Below, piece by piece: positions 44,754-55,063 of a stretch of DNA of 64,000 bases (position 1 is its first letter; each line of letters starts with the position of its first letter). Made by a program: the position numbers and the translations under genes. This DNA is from Candidatus Eiseniibacteriota bacterium (lineage in GTDB: Bacteria > Eisenbacteria > RBG-16-71-46 > JABDJR01): positions 576,001 to 640,000 of the forward strand of contig CAVXKA010000003.1 of the NCBI GenBank assembly GCA_963762255.1. Reading direction: 5' to 3'. A model generated the notes under the pieces. It saw only the letters and a program-made list of their open reading frames with translations. It made no database searches and had not been told where the DNA came from.

Positions 44754-47700
44754 CTACACGCGGGTGGCCGGCTTGATGCCGTACCGCGTGATCTTGTTCT
44801 TCAGCCCCTTGCGGGAGAGCCCCACTTCCTTGGCCGCCCGGGTCTTGTTCCAGGCGTGCTTCTCGAGGGCCTCCACCACCAGCCGGCGCTCCATGTCCAC
44901 GACCGTCGAGCGCAGGTCCGCGTCGGAATCCAGACCTGAGGATGTCGATACGATCTCGGTCGCGGTCAGGACCTCGCGCGGGAGAAGGTCGACGCCGATC
45001 GTCTCCGCATCCTCGGCGAGGATGGCGGCCCGACGCACCACCTTCTCCAGCTCGCGGACGTTGCCCGGCCACGCGTAGCGGACCATGCGCTGGATGGCGG
45101 CGCGGGTGAACCCGGGGACGCCGCGGCCGGTCTGCGAGTTGAACGTCTCGAGGAAGTACTCGGTCAGGAGCGGGATGTCCTCGGGGCGTTCGCGCAGCGC
45201 GGGCACACGGATGATGATGTCGTTGAGGCGGAAGTAGAGGTCCTTGATGAACGGCTCGTCGCCCTGTTCGAGGAGATCCTTCTTGCTGGTGGCGACGATC
45301 ACTCGCACGTTCAGCTTGCGGTACTGAGTGGATCCGACCGGGCGGACCTCGCCCCGATCGAGGAGATGGAGCAGACGGCGCTGCACGCCCAGGCCGGCCT
45401 TGCCGATCTCGTCCAGGAAGATGGTGCCGCCGTCGGCCTCCTCGAAGAGTCCCTTCTTGTCGTGGCTCGCGCCGGTGAAGGCGCCCTTCACGTAGCCGAA
45501 CAGCTCGCTCTCGAGAAGGTTCTCGGGAAGCGCGGCGCAATCGACGGTCACGAACGCCCCCGCCGCGCGGTTGCTGGAGAGATGGAGCGCGCGAGCGATG
45601 AGGGTCTTGCCGGTGCCGGTTTCGCCCTGAAGCAGCACGGTCAGATCGGTGCGGTTCACCTTTTCCACCAGCTTCAGAATCTCGATCATCTCGGGGTTCT
45701 GGGTCACCACGTCGGCCAGGAACACGCGCCGGCTCAGGCTGTCCTCTTCCGTCCGGTTGATGACGCTCTCGAGCGCGGCGCGGTCGACCAGGGCCTCGAG
45801 CTGCGGAACCAGCGCCAGACAGAGGTTCAGATGGCTGGGTCCGAACGAGGACCGCCGGTGATCGGCGAGGCGATCCAGATACAGGTACGCGGCCGTGCCG
45901 TTACCGTAGATCGGAATCGCGAGAAGCGAGGACGCCTTGCGGGTCGCCGCCACCTCGGTCCACGGCTGGCGCACCGCCGTTCCGGCATCGAGCAGGATCT
46001 CCGGACGCTCGGGCCGCAACGACCGGAGCACCGCGGTCAGCCGCTGAGCCGCCTCGGACCCGATGCGATAGGTGGCGCCCGGCTGGTCCTCGGCCACGAA
46101 CACCAGCGAGGCGCCGTCCGCCTCCACCGCCTGGGCCATGATCTCGAGCACCTGATTCAGCTTGTCCGCGTAGGGCCGGCGGGACTCCACGATCTCCTCG
46201 AGGCGGCCGGCGGTGCGGAACGCCCCCAGGTTGGTGACCGACGTCTCGACGAGACGATTCTCAAGGTCCTTCTGCGCCTCGGCGAGCAGGGCGCGACTGG
46301 TCGAGCTGTCGAGGCCGTTGACGCGGTTGCGTGCCTGCTCGAGAAATTCGCCCGCCCGATCCAGCTCGCCGCGGCGGCTGGACACGTTGGACAGCGCGAT
46401 AAGGGTCTCGACCTCCATCTCGTGGAGGGACAGTTCGGCGAGAATCTGCCGCGCCTCGACCAGGAGCGCTTCGGAGCGCGGAAGTTCGTGGTTGAGGCGA
46501 AGCCGCTGGCGACCCTGCTCCAGCAGCACTTGCGCGAGCGGGAGCGGGCTGCCGAGCCGCCGCAGCTCCTCTTCGGCCTCCGAGAGTTCCTGGTAGCCGT
46601 TCGCGTCGCCCTGGTGGAGCAGTACGCGCCCCAGGGTCACCTTCGCGAGCGCGGTCTCCATGCGGTCGTTGAACCGAGACGAGAGCTCCACGGCCCGGCG
46701 CGCCAGGTTGGCGGCGTCCGCGTCCTGGCCCTCGGTGAGAGCGAGTTCCGCGCGCAAACGCAGGAGTTCGCGAGCGAGGTCTCCCTCTGGGGAGCTCTCG
46801 ACCGCCTTCCGCCAGGCCACTTCCAAGCAGCGGCGCGCGCGGGAGAGTTCTCCCCGAGCCTGATGCAGTTGGCCCAGAGAGCGATACGTGAGCGCGGTCT
46901 CGCGCGGATACTGCTCGTCGGAGCAGAGTTCCAGCGCTTGCTCGAGCCCTTCCAGCGCTTCGTCCCAGCGGCGGTGTACGAGATCGACCCCGGCCACGCC
47001 GAGCAGAGCGCGAATGACCTCGATCGGGTCGTTGACCGAGCGCGAGACTTCGAGCGACTCCGCGAAGCACTCGCGGGCGCGGTCCCAGTTCCCCATCTTG
47101 TAGTAGACAAGACCGAGGTTCTTGAGATCGCCGCGCCGCTCGGGATAGTCGCCCTCGATGGCCTTCAGGCTCGCCGCCACCTGGAGGTACTCCAGGGCCA
47201 TCCGCCAATCGCACTTCTCTTTGTAGATCAAACCGAGGTTGTTGTAGGCGAGGGACAGGCTGCGGATGTCGCCTGCGCCCTTGAACGAGGAGAGCGCCTG
47301 CCGGAAACACTGCGCGCTCCGGTCGAGATCTCCCTGGCGGTTGAACGCGGAGCCGAGGAGGTTGAGCGCGAACCCTCTGGACGAGGGGTCGGTCTTGGGG
47401 TCGATGAGGGCGAGAGCTTCGTCGCCGCAACGCAGAGCGACGTCGATGTGGCCCTGTCCGAAGTGGATCTTGCCCAGCTTGATGAGGATCTTTCCGAGTT
47501 CATCGTCGGACTCGGCCTGACGCGCGGCTACGGCCGCGTCTTCGAGAACGTTGAGCGCTTCCTTCCAGCGCCCGATGCGCTCCAGGCAGCTCCCGACGCC
47601 GCGCAGCGCGCGGGCCTTCTCGAGGAGCGTTACCGTGCCGTCCAGCACCTGACGGTAGGTTCGGACGGCGCCTTCGAAGTTCGCTGCGGCTTGCTCGAGG

Positions 47701-47792
47701 TCGGCGAGGCTCAGCAACTCGTCCGCGCCGCCGCGGATCGGGGCTTCCTTGCTTTCCTTCTGCGAAGCGGCTTTCTTGGCCGGCTCACTCAT
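44754..47792 (-). CDS. sigma54-dependent enhancer-binding protein with long N-terminal TPR array, GAF-like domain, AAA+ and Fis HTH
   Basis: TPR units (AYNNLGLIY, LKNLGLVYY), GETGTGKT, ESELFG..KGAFTGA, FLDEIG, WPGNVREL, NKTRAAKEVGLSR; no receiver domain. Confidence 0.92.
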   Translation of the reverse strand: MSEPAKKAASQKESKEAPIRGGADELLSLADLEQAAANFEGAVRTYRQVLDGTVTLLEKARALRGVGSCLERIGRWKEALNVLEDAAVAARQAESDDELGKILIKLGKIHFGQGHIDVALRCGDEALALIDPKTDPSSRGFALNLLGSAFNRQGDLDRSAQCFRQALSSFKGAGDIRSLSLAYNNLGLIYKEKCDWRMALEYLQVAASLKAIEGDYPERRGDLKNLGLVYYKMGNWDRARECFAESLEVSRSVNDPIEVIRALLGVAGVDLVHRRWDEALEGLEQALELCSDEQYPRETALTYRSLGQLHQARGELSRARRCLEVAWRKAVESSPEGDLARELLRLRAELALTEGQDADAANLARRAVELSSRFNDRMETALAKVTLGRVLLHQGDANGYQELSEAEEELRRLGSPLPLAQVLLEQGRQRLRLNHELPRSEALLVEARQILAELSLHEMEVETLIALSNVSSRRGELDRAGEFLEQARNRVNGLDSSTSRALLAEAQKDLENRLVETSVTNLGAFRTAGRLEEIVESRRPYADKLNQVLEIMAQAVEADGASLVFVAEDQPGATYRIGSEAAQRLTAVLRSLRPERPEILLDAGTAVRQPWTEVAATRKASSLLAIPIYGNGTAAYLYLDRLADHRRSSFGPSHLNLCLALVPQLEALVDRAALESVINRTEEDSLSRRVFLADVVTQNPEMIEILKLVEKVNRTDLTVLLQGETGTGKTLIARALHLSSNRAAGAFVTVDCAALPENLLESELFGYVKGAFTGASHDKKGLFEEADGGTIFLDEIGKAGLGVQRRLLHLLDRGEVRPVGSTQYRKLNVRVIVATSKKDLLEQGDEPFIKDLYFRLNDIIIRVPALRERPEDIPLLTEYFLETFNSQTGRGVPGFTRAAIQRMVRYAWPGNVRELEKVVRRAAILAEDAETIGVDLLPREVLTATEIVSTSSGLDSDADLRSTVVDMERRLVVEALEKHAWNKTRAAKEVGLSRKGLKNKITRYGIKPATRV

Positions 47793-47831
47793 GAATCCAA
47801 CCCTCCGTGTTCAGGCCTGCGCTACCCTGTC

Positions 47832-48188
47832 CTAGACCAACCGTCCACGCAGGAAACCGCCGCCGAACACGACCATGAGCCACGTGCGCACCCAGGACGT
47901 GAACCGATCGGCGCGCGGAACCCGAAGCACGGGCTCCTGAACTTCACCGATCGAACCGCCCACATACGAGTCGATCTGAAAGGTATCCGGGTCAGCCTCG
48001 AGACCACCGCCGAAGCCCCCGCCTACATCCTGGGGCCCGCGATTTCCGAGCTGGCTGCTGCCGCCGACGTAAAACTCCCCCGCCCCGAGGTCGTCATTGG
48101 CCACCGCGGAGGAGGCCGGGAACAACACCCAGAGGCACAGGGCCGCCACCAACCAGACCGGCCTGAATCGGGTGTCTTGCCATCTCAT
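47832..48188 (-). CDS. Small exported peptide/precursor-like protein (118 aa)
   Basis: GAGGTG RBS 6 nt before ATG 48188; Sec signal ending SAVA; Gly/Asp-rich body with two YVGGS and EADPD; Trp-rich hydrophobic/basic C terminus. Confidence 0.65.
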   Translation of the reverse strand: MRWQDTRFRPVWLVAALCLWVLFPASSAVANDDLGAGEFYVGGSSQLGNRGPQDVGGGFGGGLEADPDTFQIDSYVGGSIGEVQEPVLRVPRADRFTSWVRTWLMVVFGGGFLRGRLV

Positions 48189-48245
48189 TGTCATCACCTC
48201 ACTGAAAGCAAAGTGCGTCCATGGAGTACTCGCAGCATTCTACCC

Positions 48246-48260
48246 GCACAGACCATGCCA
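48246..48260 (-). promoter_or_regulatory. sigma54 -24/-12 promoter TGGCAT-N5-GTGC
   Basis: GG and GC at the exact spacing of consensus TGGCAC-N5-TTGC, 57 nt upstream of the small ORF start. Confidence 0.65.
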
Positions 48261-48531
48261 GAGCGGTCGGCGGCGGCATCCCAGTTCCAGTTCGCTAACC
48301 TATTGGATAGCATGCACTTCAGTTTGCACTCGCCGAATCCCGCTGATACTCCTGCGACCAGTATAGCCCAGTTTCCGACTCTTATCTACCCACTCCGATC
48401 GCCCTTCGCGGCAAACCCGGGTTCTCTAAGGAGTTAGTGATGGAAAGCAAGTATCCACCCGGGCCCGCCGACGTGAAACCCCTTTGCCATCAAAGAGATC
48501 CCTGAACACGCGCTGTATTCCGCTTCCGTTA

Positions 48532-48560
48532 TTGACCTAAATCCTTGCATCAGCTATAAT
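48532..48560 (+). promoter_or_regulatory. sigma70 promoter TTGACC-N17-TATAAT
   Basis: Near-perfect consensus upstream of the diguanylate cyclase. Confidence 0.8.
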
Positions 48561-48667
48561 TGCCTCGTTTTACTCCCACCATCGCACCCTATCGTCGCCA
48601 TCGCGGGGCCAGAGCCATGGGACTGGTCCGCCCGGTTCAGCACGTCCTCCAACGTGGACCGTGGGGA

Positions 48668-50029
48668 ATGAAGCGCCAAACCATACCGTTTCGAGAGTTG
48701 CTCCAGCGGGTGCTGCCCGTCGACAGGCTTCCCCCTGTCGATCAGGCGCGAGTAGCCCGCGCGATCGAGAGCAACGATCCACGAGATCTCGAAGAGGTGG
48801 GGTTTGAAGCGCTCGATCGACTGGTCGATCTGGGCTACCTCCGATTGGTCGAAGAGGTGCTGCGAGGGGACGAGAAAGTTCGCCGCTATCGCGATCTCAC
48901 CAGCGGCAACACCATCGCGATCCGCCTCCCCACCGGTGATGAAGACGAGGGGATCTTCAAGATCCCTCTCCCCATCCGCGACTGGAAGGGAGGCACGTCT
49001 CTCGACCAGATCCGCACGCTGTTCAACCTCTACAACAAGATCCTCACGCAGGACTCCCACCTGCTTCGCGGTCCGGGGGACATTCTTCGTCAGGTGATGC
49101 TGACCGCGCGGCAGATCCTGGGCTGCGAGCGGGTTTCCTTCTGGGCGACCCCCCGTCAGGGCGAAACCGGGACCCTGCTCGACACCCTTAGCCATCCTCC
49201 CTACGACGAGGAACTGGCCCGGGAGTGGGTGATCGGACAGCGCTATCTGGTCGTGTTCCCGGAGCTCCCCGCGCAACTCGACCCTGCGACGGGGCGGCTC
49301 GACACCGAGTTTCATTCGCTCGCCCTCATCCCGATCGGCGACCCGGATCAAGCGGTGTACGGGGTGCTGCACGCGTGGAGCCTTCGACCGCACTTCTTCA
49401 ACGAGGATCGCCAGGGGCTTCTGAGCCTTCTCTCCGAGTTCGCCACCGATCTCCTGCGCCGGTCGGAGATTCTCGGCAACCTGGTCTTCGTCGACGCCGC
49501 GACTCAGGTCTACAACCGCGCGTACTTCAACCTGCAACTCGACAACGAGATCGCGCGCGCCAAGCGCGAGAGCAAGTCGCTGGCCCTGGCCATCGCCGAC
49601 ATCGACGACTTCAAGAACTTCAACAGCCGCTACGGCTACGAGGGCGGGAACCAGGTTCTTGCCAATGCGGCTCAGATCCTCAAGAGCGGGCTCCGGCCGT
49701 TCGACTCGGTGGCACGCTGGGGAGGGGAGGAGTTCGCTCTCATCCTCACGTCGCCGGTCACGCTGGACGATGCCACAACCGTGTGCGGGCGGCTGCGGCG
49801 GGCGACGGAGCTCTCCAGCTTCACCGTCACCGGTCTCGAAGGGGAGTCGATGCCCGCCCGCATCACGATCAGCATCGGGGGGGCGATCTACCCTCAGGAC
49901 GGCGTGTCCGCGGGCACGCTCTGGCGATCCGCCAACGCCGCCCTCGTCTACGCCAAGCGCACCGGCAAGAATCGCGTGGTCTTCGCCTCCGAGATCCCCG
50001 CCGATCACCGCGGCGGGGGCAACGGATAA
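48668..50029 (+). CDS. GAF-GGDEF diguanylate cyclase
   Basis: DIDDFKNFN..YG...GN, I-site RPFD, RWGGEEF, TISIG, AKRTGKNRV; start may be 48618. Confidence 0.92.
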   Translation: MKRQTIPFRELLQRVLPVDRLPPVDQARVARAIESNDPRDLEEVGFEALDRLVDLGYLRLVEEVLRGDEKVRRYRDLTSGNTIAIRLPTGDEDEGIFKIPLPIRDWKGGTSLDQIRTLFNLYNKILTQDSHLLRGPGDILRQVMLTARQILGCERVSFWATPRQGETGTLLDTLSHPPYDEELAREWVIGQRYLVVFPELPAQLDPATGRLDTEFHSLALIPIGDPDQAVYGVLHAWSLRPHFFNEDRQGLLSLLSEFATDLLRRSEILGNLVFVDAATQVYNRAYFNLQLDNEIARAKRESKSLALAIADIDDFKNFNSRYGYEGGNQVLANAAQILKSGLRPFDSVARWGGEEFALILTSPVTLDDATTVCGRLRRATELSSFTVTGLEGESMPARITISIGGAIYPQDGVSAGTLWRSANAALVYAKRTGKNRVVFASEIPADHRGGGNG

Positions 50030-50034
50030 ACGAA

Positions 50035-50058
50035 GAGGCCCGGGAGAACCCGGGCCTC
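50035..50058. terminator. Hairpin GAGGCCCGGG-AGAA-CCCGGGCCTC between convergent genes
   Basis: Perfect 10-bp stem with a T-rich tail on the minus strand. Confidence 0.75.
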
Positions 50059-50084
50059 GCAGATCGTCCGACCGGTCAAAGAGC

Positions 50085-50351
50085 CTAGAGGATTTCCTTG
50101 TAGGCCTTGCCGGGGCGGAAGCGAACGGACTTGCTGGCCTTGATCTTGATCTCTTCGCCGGTCTTGGGGTTCCGGCCCAGCCGCGCCTTGCGGTTGCTGA
50201 CGTTGAACGATCCGAAGCCGGCGAGGGCCACCCCGCCCTTCTTGGTGCCGCGCTTGATCGTCTCGAGGCAGGCGTCCACCGCAGCGGTGGCGTCCTTCTT
50301 GGTCAGGTTCGTCTTCTTGGCAACCGCTTCAATCAACTCTTGCTTGTTCAT
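50085..50351 (-). CDS. hup: HU family DNA-binding protein
   Basis: MNKQELI, GFGSF, RKARLGRNPKTGEEIKI, FRPGK. Confidence 0.96.
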   Translation of the reverse strand: MNKQELIEAVAKKTNLTKKDATAAVDACLETIKRGTKKGGVALAGFGSFNVSNRKARLGRNPKTGEEIKIKASKSVRFRPGKAYKEIL

Positions 50352-50404
50352 TTGAGCGCCCTCCACAGGCACGAAGTGGCGTGCGCCATTGCACGCCACC
50401 GGCA

Positions 50405-50433
50405 TGTTTATCCCCGTGGTATGGAATCGTCAA
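50405..50433 (-). promoter_or_regulatory. Putative sigma70 promoter TTGACG-N17-TAAACA
   Basis: Spacing and position upstream of hup. Confidence 0.45.
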
Positions 50434-50656
50434 TCCCCAATCGTCGAAAAACCCGCTATTTCTCGGGGGTTTTCATGACCGAATCGCTGGGTTTCTCGGC
50501 GCAGCCGAAGATCCCCGACCGCAGAACCGCCGAACCCGCCCCGCATCGCGGATCCCCGCATCGTCTCCCGGGGATGCCAAGCCACACCGGGGCTCCTGCC
50601 ATTCAACGCGAAGATGGGCTCGTTAACTTCATAAATACTAGTGACTTACTAGAAGC

Positions 50657-53600
50657 CTACCGTGCCACAGCCACCCGCTCCATTCGGCGGATCTTGCTCC
50701 CGTCATGCCCGTCGAGATCGAGCAAGAAGAGATACACCCCGTTGGCCACACGGTCGCCGGCCTCGTCGCGGAGGTCCCACACGAAGGCGTTCTGGCCGAC
50801 CGAGGTGGGCAGGTCATCCTGGCGCACGCGACGCCCGCTCACCGCGTATACGTTGAGCCGCGCCCGCCTCACGCTCTGGTTGAGCGTGTAGTAGAGGGCG
50901 CCCTCCTTCCCCTCGCAGGGGTTGGGGTAGAAATACGTGCTGACGAGTCGCATCTCGCCGCCGGAGACGGCGAAGCAGCGTTCGAAGGAGGTCTCCCCTC
51001 CCGCTTCGTCCAGGATCCGAAGCTCGATGTCGTGCTGGCCGGTTCCCCACACCCGGTTTACCTCTACCGTCCACTGGCGCCGCGTCTCGTCCACCGGAGC
51101 CAGAACCGCGGTCATGACGGTGTCGTTCACCGACACCGCGAAGTTCCCCTCGCTCAGCGGAACCGGCGAGTCCACTTCGAAGCGGATCGTGGCCGCCAAG
51201 TCCACCACGCTGGAGCAGTCCCGCTCCAGCCGCTTGCCGTCGGCCAGAGCCACGACGCCCAGGCTGACCGGAAGCACGAATCGGGTTTCGCGCCCGGTCC
51301 AATCCCGCGCCACCACGGAAATGTCATAGCTGCCAAGCCGGAGCGTGGTCGCAAACGCCACCTGGTAGGACTGGGCCCCGTCGTCCCGGCTCCCCGGCCT
51401 GACGATGCTCACCCGATCGGAGGGCAACTCCGTCTCCCCGTCCAGCACCCGGATGGTGGAAACATCCACATCATCCGAGACGACTGCGGTGATGCGCAGG
51501 GTGTCCGAGAAGGAGGCGGCCAGGAGCGGGGTGCCGTCGGCCACCGTCTCGCCGTTCACGCTCACCTGGAACCCAGGCCCGGCGATATCCACTTGGAGCG
51601 CGGGATCGCCCAGGGTCACGTAGGTGCGGAACATCTCGCGCCAGTCGGGCGAGTTCTCGAGCGCGCAGGCCGCCCACGCCCGTGTCATGGCCTCGCCGAG
51701 GATGCGCCGGGGCCGGCCGGTGGCGGGATCGCGCGGCAGGTTCCAGAACAGGGCCCGCGAGGTGTACTTCTGAGCGTTCGGGGTGATGTGAAGCCACTCG
51801 TACCCCGTGGAGGCGATGGACGCGATGGCCCCCCGACGATTGCCGGCCAGGAGCAGAGCCTCGCCCATCCCATCCCCGAAGGTCTTCTCCTTGGCATGCT
51901 CGAATTCGTTCAGGTGGCACGCGTAGCCGAAAAAGATGAAGGGTTTTCCAATGTTGTTGATCTTGTCGAAGTCGCGCGTGGTCAGCTTCGGGTAGTGCTC
52001 GAACAGCGCCTCGGTTGTCATCTGGTTCTTGTTGGCGTGGCCGTGGTACTCCCAGACCAACGCGCCCCGGCTCAACTCCTGGAGCATCACGGGCGTCACC
52101 TTGGCGCGGGTGTACTCCCTCGTGTTGCCGGCGCCCGAGAGCAGCGGGCAGTCCGAGGGGTTGCCGGGGTGGCGATTGAGCGCGGCCACCGTGTCGAGAT
52201 AGGCGGCCAACGGCAGGAGCACACCGTCGAAGTCCGGGAGCCTCCCCAGCACGCGGATGGAATCGATCACGGCCTCGCTCATGCGCCGGAAATTGACTTC
52301 ATCGACCTTGAAGCAATAGTCGGCGTTCGGGTAGATGCTCGTCGAGTACTGGTCGTCGGCCAGGAAGAAGGCTCGGTTCCGCCACGTGTCCTCGGGCTTC
52401 CAGTCCTCGTAGGCGACGATCTTGTCGATGACGGTGCTCGCCTCCTCGACGCTTCCCACCGGCAGGCGGCCGATGTGCATCTCGGGGAACACGTCCAGGG
52501 CGTTGTCGGTGGGGCGCAGCGCGCCCACGAACCAGTTGTCGGTTCCGGCCAGTTCCTTCCCCTCCGGCCCCGGCACGTAGGCGAAGTGCATCATGGTCGG
52601 GACGAAGTCCGGATCGGATGTGGGATGGTTGAAGTCGTCGACCGCGGTGGAGCGATAATCCTCGCTGGCATCACCACCCATGAGCACGTAGGTCGGGGCG
52701 GGGCTCCAGGTGCGGAACGCCTGGGCCAGAAAGCGCTGGATGGCCCACGGGGTCTTGTCTCCACCCGCGAACTGGTCGTAGATCTCCACGACGTCGCAAA
52801 CGAAGACCCGGTGCCCCTGGGCTTCGCGATGGGCCACGAGCGGGCCCCACGCGTCCTTGAACGAAGGATGCGTGATGAGGATGTAGTCGCTCCCGTTTCC
52901 TTCGGCCAGGAGATCGCGGGGGAGGCCCGAGCGCGATGGTCTGTGCACCGAGATCCGCGCCCGGCACCCGTGTCGTCGCCGGAAGTCCGCTCAACGACGC
53001 GGGCACGAAGGCCACGAAGCTCTTGCGCGTTCCACCCACCGAGGCGCGGATCCTTGCCGTGTACGCGCCACCCTCCGCCGTCACCTGCGCCCGCATGCGG
53101 ACCGGAGTGGCCGGATCGGTGATCTCCACTACCACGACGTCCTGCGAGGTAAACCCGGTGACCGCGAACTCCAGAAGCCCGGTCCGGTCACCGGAGTTGA
53201 ACACCAACTGGTTCCCCCGCGCCTTGGTCAGGCGGTCGTAGGTGAGATCGAACCAGTCGAACGCGGCCCCGGTGCTGTTGGTGATGGAACTGGTGCGTCC
53301 GGTGATGAATACGGTGTTGGTGCCCAGGCTGAGACAGCCCGCACTCGCGCGCGATCCGCTCCGGAAATCGAGGCCGTTCTGGCCTTCGAAAGCGCCGTCG
53401 GTGAGGAGCTGGCAACTGTTGACCTTCAGCGACACCAGGTGGTTGTTGTAGGCGAGGGTCGAGAAGAGCCCTTGCCAGAGCGCGCGGACGTTGAAGCTGC
53501 CTTGCGGGTCGAAGTCGTAGGTGTAGACCCGGGTGTACTCGTTGACCTTGCTGGGACCCAACCAGTAGAAGGAGGACGTGATGGGGAGTAGCCCGGAGCC

Positions 53601-54806
53601 CGTGTCGGGGGGGTTGTTGATGTAGTAGAGGTCCTCTTCGTAGTGGTCGCTCTGGGGGAACGAGGTGACCGGGCTGTAGCCGTCGCCGGCGGGGTACCCG
53701 TCGACCTCGGAGAACTCGCGCCCCCCCTCGGCGGACGCGGTCAACCAATAGGTGTGGAAGTACGAGTAGCGCTCGTCGTAGAAGAGGTCGTTGCTGTACC
53801 GGTCGCGGTAATTGAACCCGTAGAAGACGACGAAGTCGCCCTCGTCAAACTCCCCGTTGCTGTTGGTGTCCTCGACGATCCGCGGCAGGTTCGCCACCGT
53901 GAAGGGATCGGCCTTGGTCTTGTCGAAGCCGCGTTCCTCCACGCGAACCTGCGCTACCGGGACCGAGGCCGGGAATCCTCCGGCGGCAAGCTGCGCGTAC
54001 GAGAGACGGGCGAGGCCCGTGGTCCCGAATCGCACGCGCACGTAGGGTTGGCCGGGGGTGATCGTCGAGGCCGCCGCAACGGGGGCGGCGCGCATGCGGA
54101 AGGACCGCGCCGAGGCCCCGTTCACGATCACGCCGTCGATGAGCTCATCCCATCCGGGTGCGTCCGGGCCGGCGGGCATGAGGGCGATCCCCTTGGGCGC
54201 GCGCGCATCCCGCACGAACTCGACGTCCACCTCGATCACGCGGGCCACTCGATACTCGCCGGTCGCCGGCGCAGCCTGCACCGGGCTGATCAGGATCGAC
54301 TGCACCCGCTGATACCGCCAGCCGGCGGTCGGGCCGAGCGTGGCGATCTCGGCGGGCGCCCACGCAGAGGACGCATAGGCACCGGGAGCGGGATCGTAAC
54401 GGTCGTCCTGTTGGGGAAAGGGGTCCCCAGGGACGAATCGGCGGGTCGGGACGGGGATGGGAGCGATGCCGGAAAACGTCTGCGACTCAACCACGCGGAC
54501 CTGCAGGACAGCGGTGGCGTCTTCGGGGAGACCGAAGGGGAACCCCCGGCGCGGGAGGTCGGGCAGCCCGGCGTCCTCGCTCCCTCCCTGATCGAAGCCG
54601 GGCAGGGTGACTCGGAGATACGACCCGCCTTCGGGGAGGTCTACGACATCCTGCTGAACCTCAGGAATCTCGATGCGCAGCGAGAACCCGTCGGGCCCTT
54701 GCCGGAGCACCTTGGCCACGGGGCCGGTCGCCGAGGCGGCCGGAGACACGAGGAGTAGAGACACGAGCGCCGCGACTGCGAGGGACGGGGTAATAGCCAG
54801 ACGCAT
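50657..54806 (-). CDS. C25 (gingipain/PorU-like) cysteine peptidase with propeptide and C-terminal FlgD-Ig/CTD-like domain, apparent frameshift near 52920
   Basis: Signal peptide, GLPDLP propeptide, DYILIT, EIYDQF, YVLMGGDAS.D, IGRLPV, YHGH (His), YACH (Cys), LGDP, FYPNP...WDLRDEAGDRVANGVYL. Confidence 0.88.
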
Positions 54807-55004
54807 CCGTGGGACTCCCCTTCTGGGTTGGGCCGCGACCCGGGGCGCGAGGGACGCCGGGTACGAGGCTGTACGGGAGCGCGGGCTGGCCCTCCCGGAC
54901 GACCCCTGGCCGAAAGTCTGAAAGTGTACACCCCCGTCCATGCAGAGGGTTCCCGCCCCGGACCGGGTCCGACGGCTGCGATCCGCCGCTCGCGCCGCGA
55001 TTCC

Positions 55005-55033
55005 TTGACCCTCTCCGGCCCGCTTGCTAGCGT
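55005..55033 (+). promoter_or_regulatory. Putative sigma70 promoter TTGACC-N17-TAGCGT
   Basis: 17-nt spacer with a TG extension. Confidence 0.55.
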
Positions 55034-55063
55034 CTACCGGCTTTCGAAAGAGACGATCAACGC

